DNA of 8,652 nt from Octopus sinensis (Eukaryota), in assembly GCF_006345805.1 (NCBI RefSeq), contig NW_021828410.1, positions 1 through 8,652 of the forward strand. The letters run 5' to 3'. The notes beneath the pieces were generated by a model. That model searched no databases, was not told where the DNA came from, and was given only the letters and a program-made list of their open reading frames with translations. This document shows, in pieces, positions 7,401-8,652 of the stretch. A program made the position numbers and the translations under genes. The number at the start of each line of letters is the position of its first letter. Positions within the stretch are counted from its first letter, which is position 1.

Positions 7401-7914
7401 TAGAAGTTACAATATCGTTCTAGGTTTGATACCCAGCACTGGCAAAGGCATTGTGGATTGAGATATGCTCGTATTCAATGCAGACAGTTTTGATTTCTAT
7501 ATTTCCGAAATCTGCTTATGAACTTTTTTGACCCACCTCCATCTTTAATCACAGTACAAATATTTCCAATGTTTTTACCAATTCTGAGATAACTGTAGTA
7601 TTCATAATCGGTACGATGAATATACCTGTTCCTTGTTTAGACAACAATCTTTCCTCCACTGAGTATCAAGCATAACCACTTATCCTGCCTAAACTATATG
7701 CTATAGTGTCGCATAAGAGGGTTGTAATCAGCTCTGGTTGTTTCTTGAAATCATAAAATTTACTTAAAAACAGCTAAAGATTGTTAACAAAATCTGGTTT
7801 TCCACTTTTCTGCAGATCCTAAGGTAGTTTTCGTAAATCCTCGAAAGGGCTGACTAGGACGGACAGAGTTTCAGACAAGCAGTTACCTTGGAATATTCCT
7901 GTAAATAATCTAAT

Positions 7915-8460
7915 TGTATATGTATGCATGTATGTATGTATGCATGTATGCATGTATGTATGTATGTATGTATGTATGTATGTATGTATGTATGTATGTA
8001 TGTATGTATGTATGTATGTATGTATGTATGTATGTATGTATGTATGTATGTATGTATGTGTGTTCGTGTGTGTGTATGTGTATATATGTATATATGTATG
8101 AATGTATGTATGTATGTATGTATGATGTATGTATGTATGTATGTATGTTTGTATGTATGTATGTATGTATGTATGTATGTGTTCGTGTGTGTGTGTATGT
8201 GTATATATGTATGTATGTATGTATGAATGTATGTATGTATGTATGTATGTATGTATATATGTATGTATGTATGTATGTATGTTTGTATGTATGTATGTAT
8301 GTATGTATGTGTTCGTGTGTGTGTGTATGTGTATATATGTATGTATGTATGAATGTATGTATGTATGTATGTATGTATGTATGTATGTATGCATGCATGT
8401 AAGTATGTATGTATGTATATATGCATGTATGTGTGTATATATGTATGTATGCATATATAT
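7915..8460. repeat. (TATG)n microsatellite array with internal higher-order repeat
   Basis: About 545 bp of TATG with recurring variants. Explains all ORFs between 7819 and 8616 (YIHT / MYVC translations). Confidence 0.97.
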
Positions 8461-8652
8461 TTGTACAAGAGTCATCTTCGTAGTCACAAAGCGAGACAGA
8501 TGAGTGACAGCCTGGCCACTGGTGGTGGTGTAACACACCATACTAATCATATCTGTCGGGCATATGGAAGAGAGTGTAATTCGGCAGGAGGACTTAAACG
8601 ACATGCAAAGGTACATGAAGCCCAGTTACAACTACAGCCGGCTATTACCGGT
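8461..8652 (+). pseudogene. C2H2 zinc-finger coding remnant, probably the C-terminus of an RTE-like LINE ORF (runs off the window)
   Basis: Stop-free frame LYKSHLRSHKARQMSDSLATGGGVTHHTNHICRAYGRECNSAGGLKRHAKVHEAQLQLQPAITG. It contains a finger tail (KSHLRSH) and C-x2-Y-x12-H-x3-H at 8554-8616, with the second Cys replaced by Tyr (TAT, 8563-8565). No TGEKP linker. Confidence 0.7.

Noticed and set aside
7798-7829. Acceptor-like TTTTCCACTTTTCTGCAG with nearby AG|GTAGTT (8-nt microexon)
   Set aside because: Such signals are common by chance; needs transcript evidence.
7819-8616. Six long ORFs of 100-265 aa
   Set aside because: Translations of (TATG)n, which has no stop codon in any frame.

Overview
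AT-rich, repeat-dense eukaryotic non-coding DNA (intronic or intergenic). The SINE sequences look like octopus/cephalopod families; this is my recollection, not a search result. No intact protein-coding gene is supported, and most ORFs in the track are microsatellite artefacts. The window holds two TIR-bounded non-autonomous DNA elements of shared architecture (about 462-883 and 2704-3643), two tRNA-derived SINE types plus fragments, and several microsatellites, including a (TATG)n array with higher-order structure. It also has a C2H2 zinc-finger coding remnant at the right edge, probably a LINE C-terminus. The most notable feature is a near-complete type I hammerhead ribozyme at 5825-5896 (+) with a palindromic stem III. 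A second, decayed hammerhead-like motif lies at the end of a possible Penelope-like 3' remnant (about 4062-4830, minus strand). No CRISPR or other prokaryotic system is visible.
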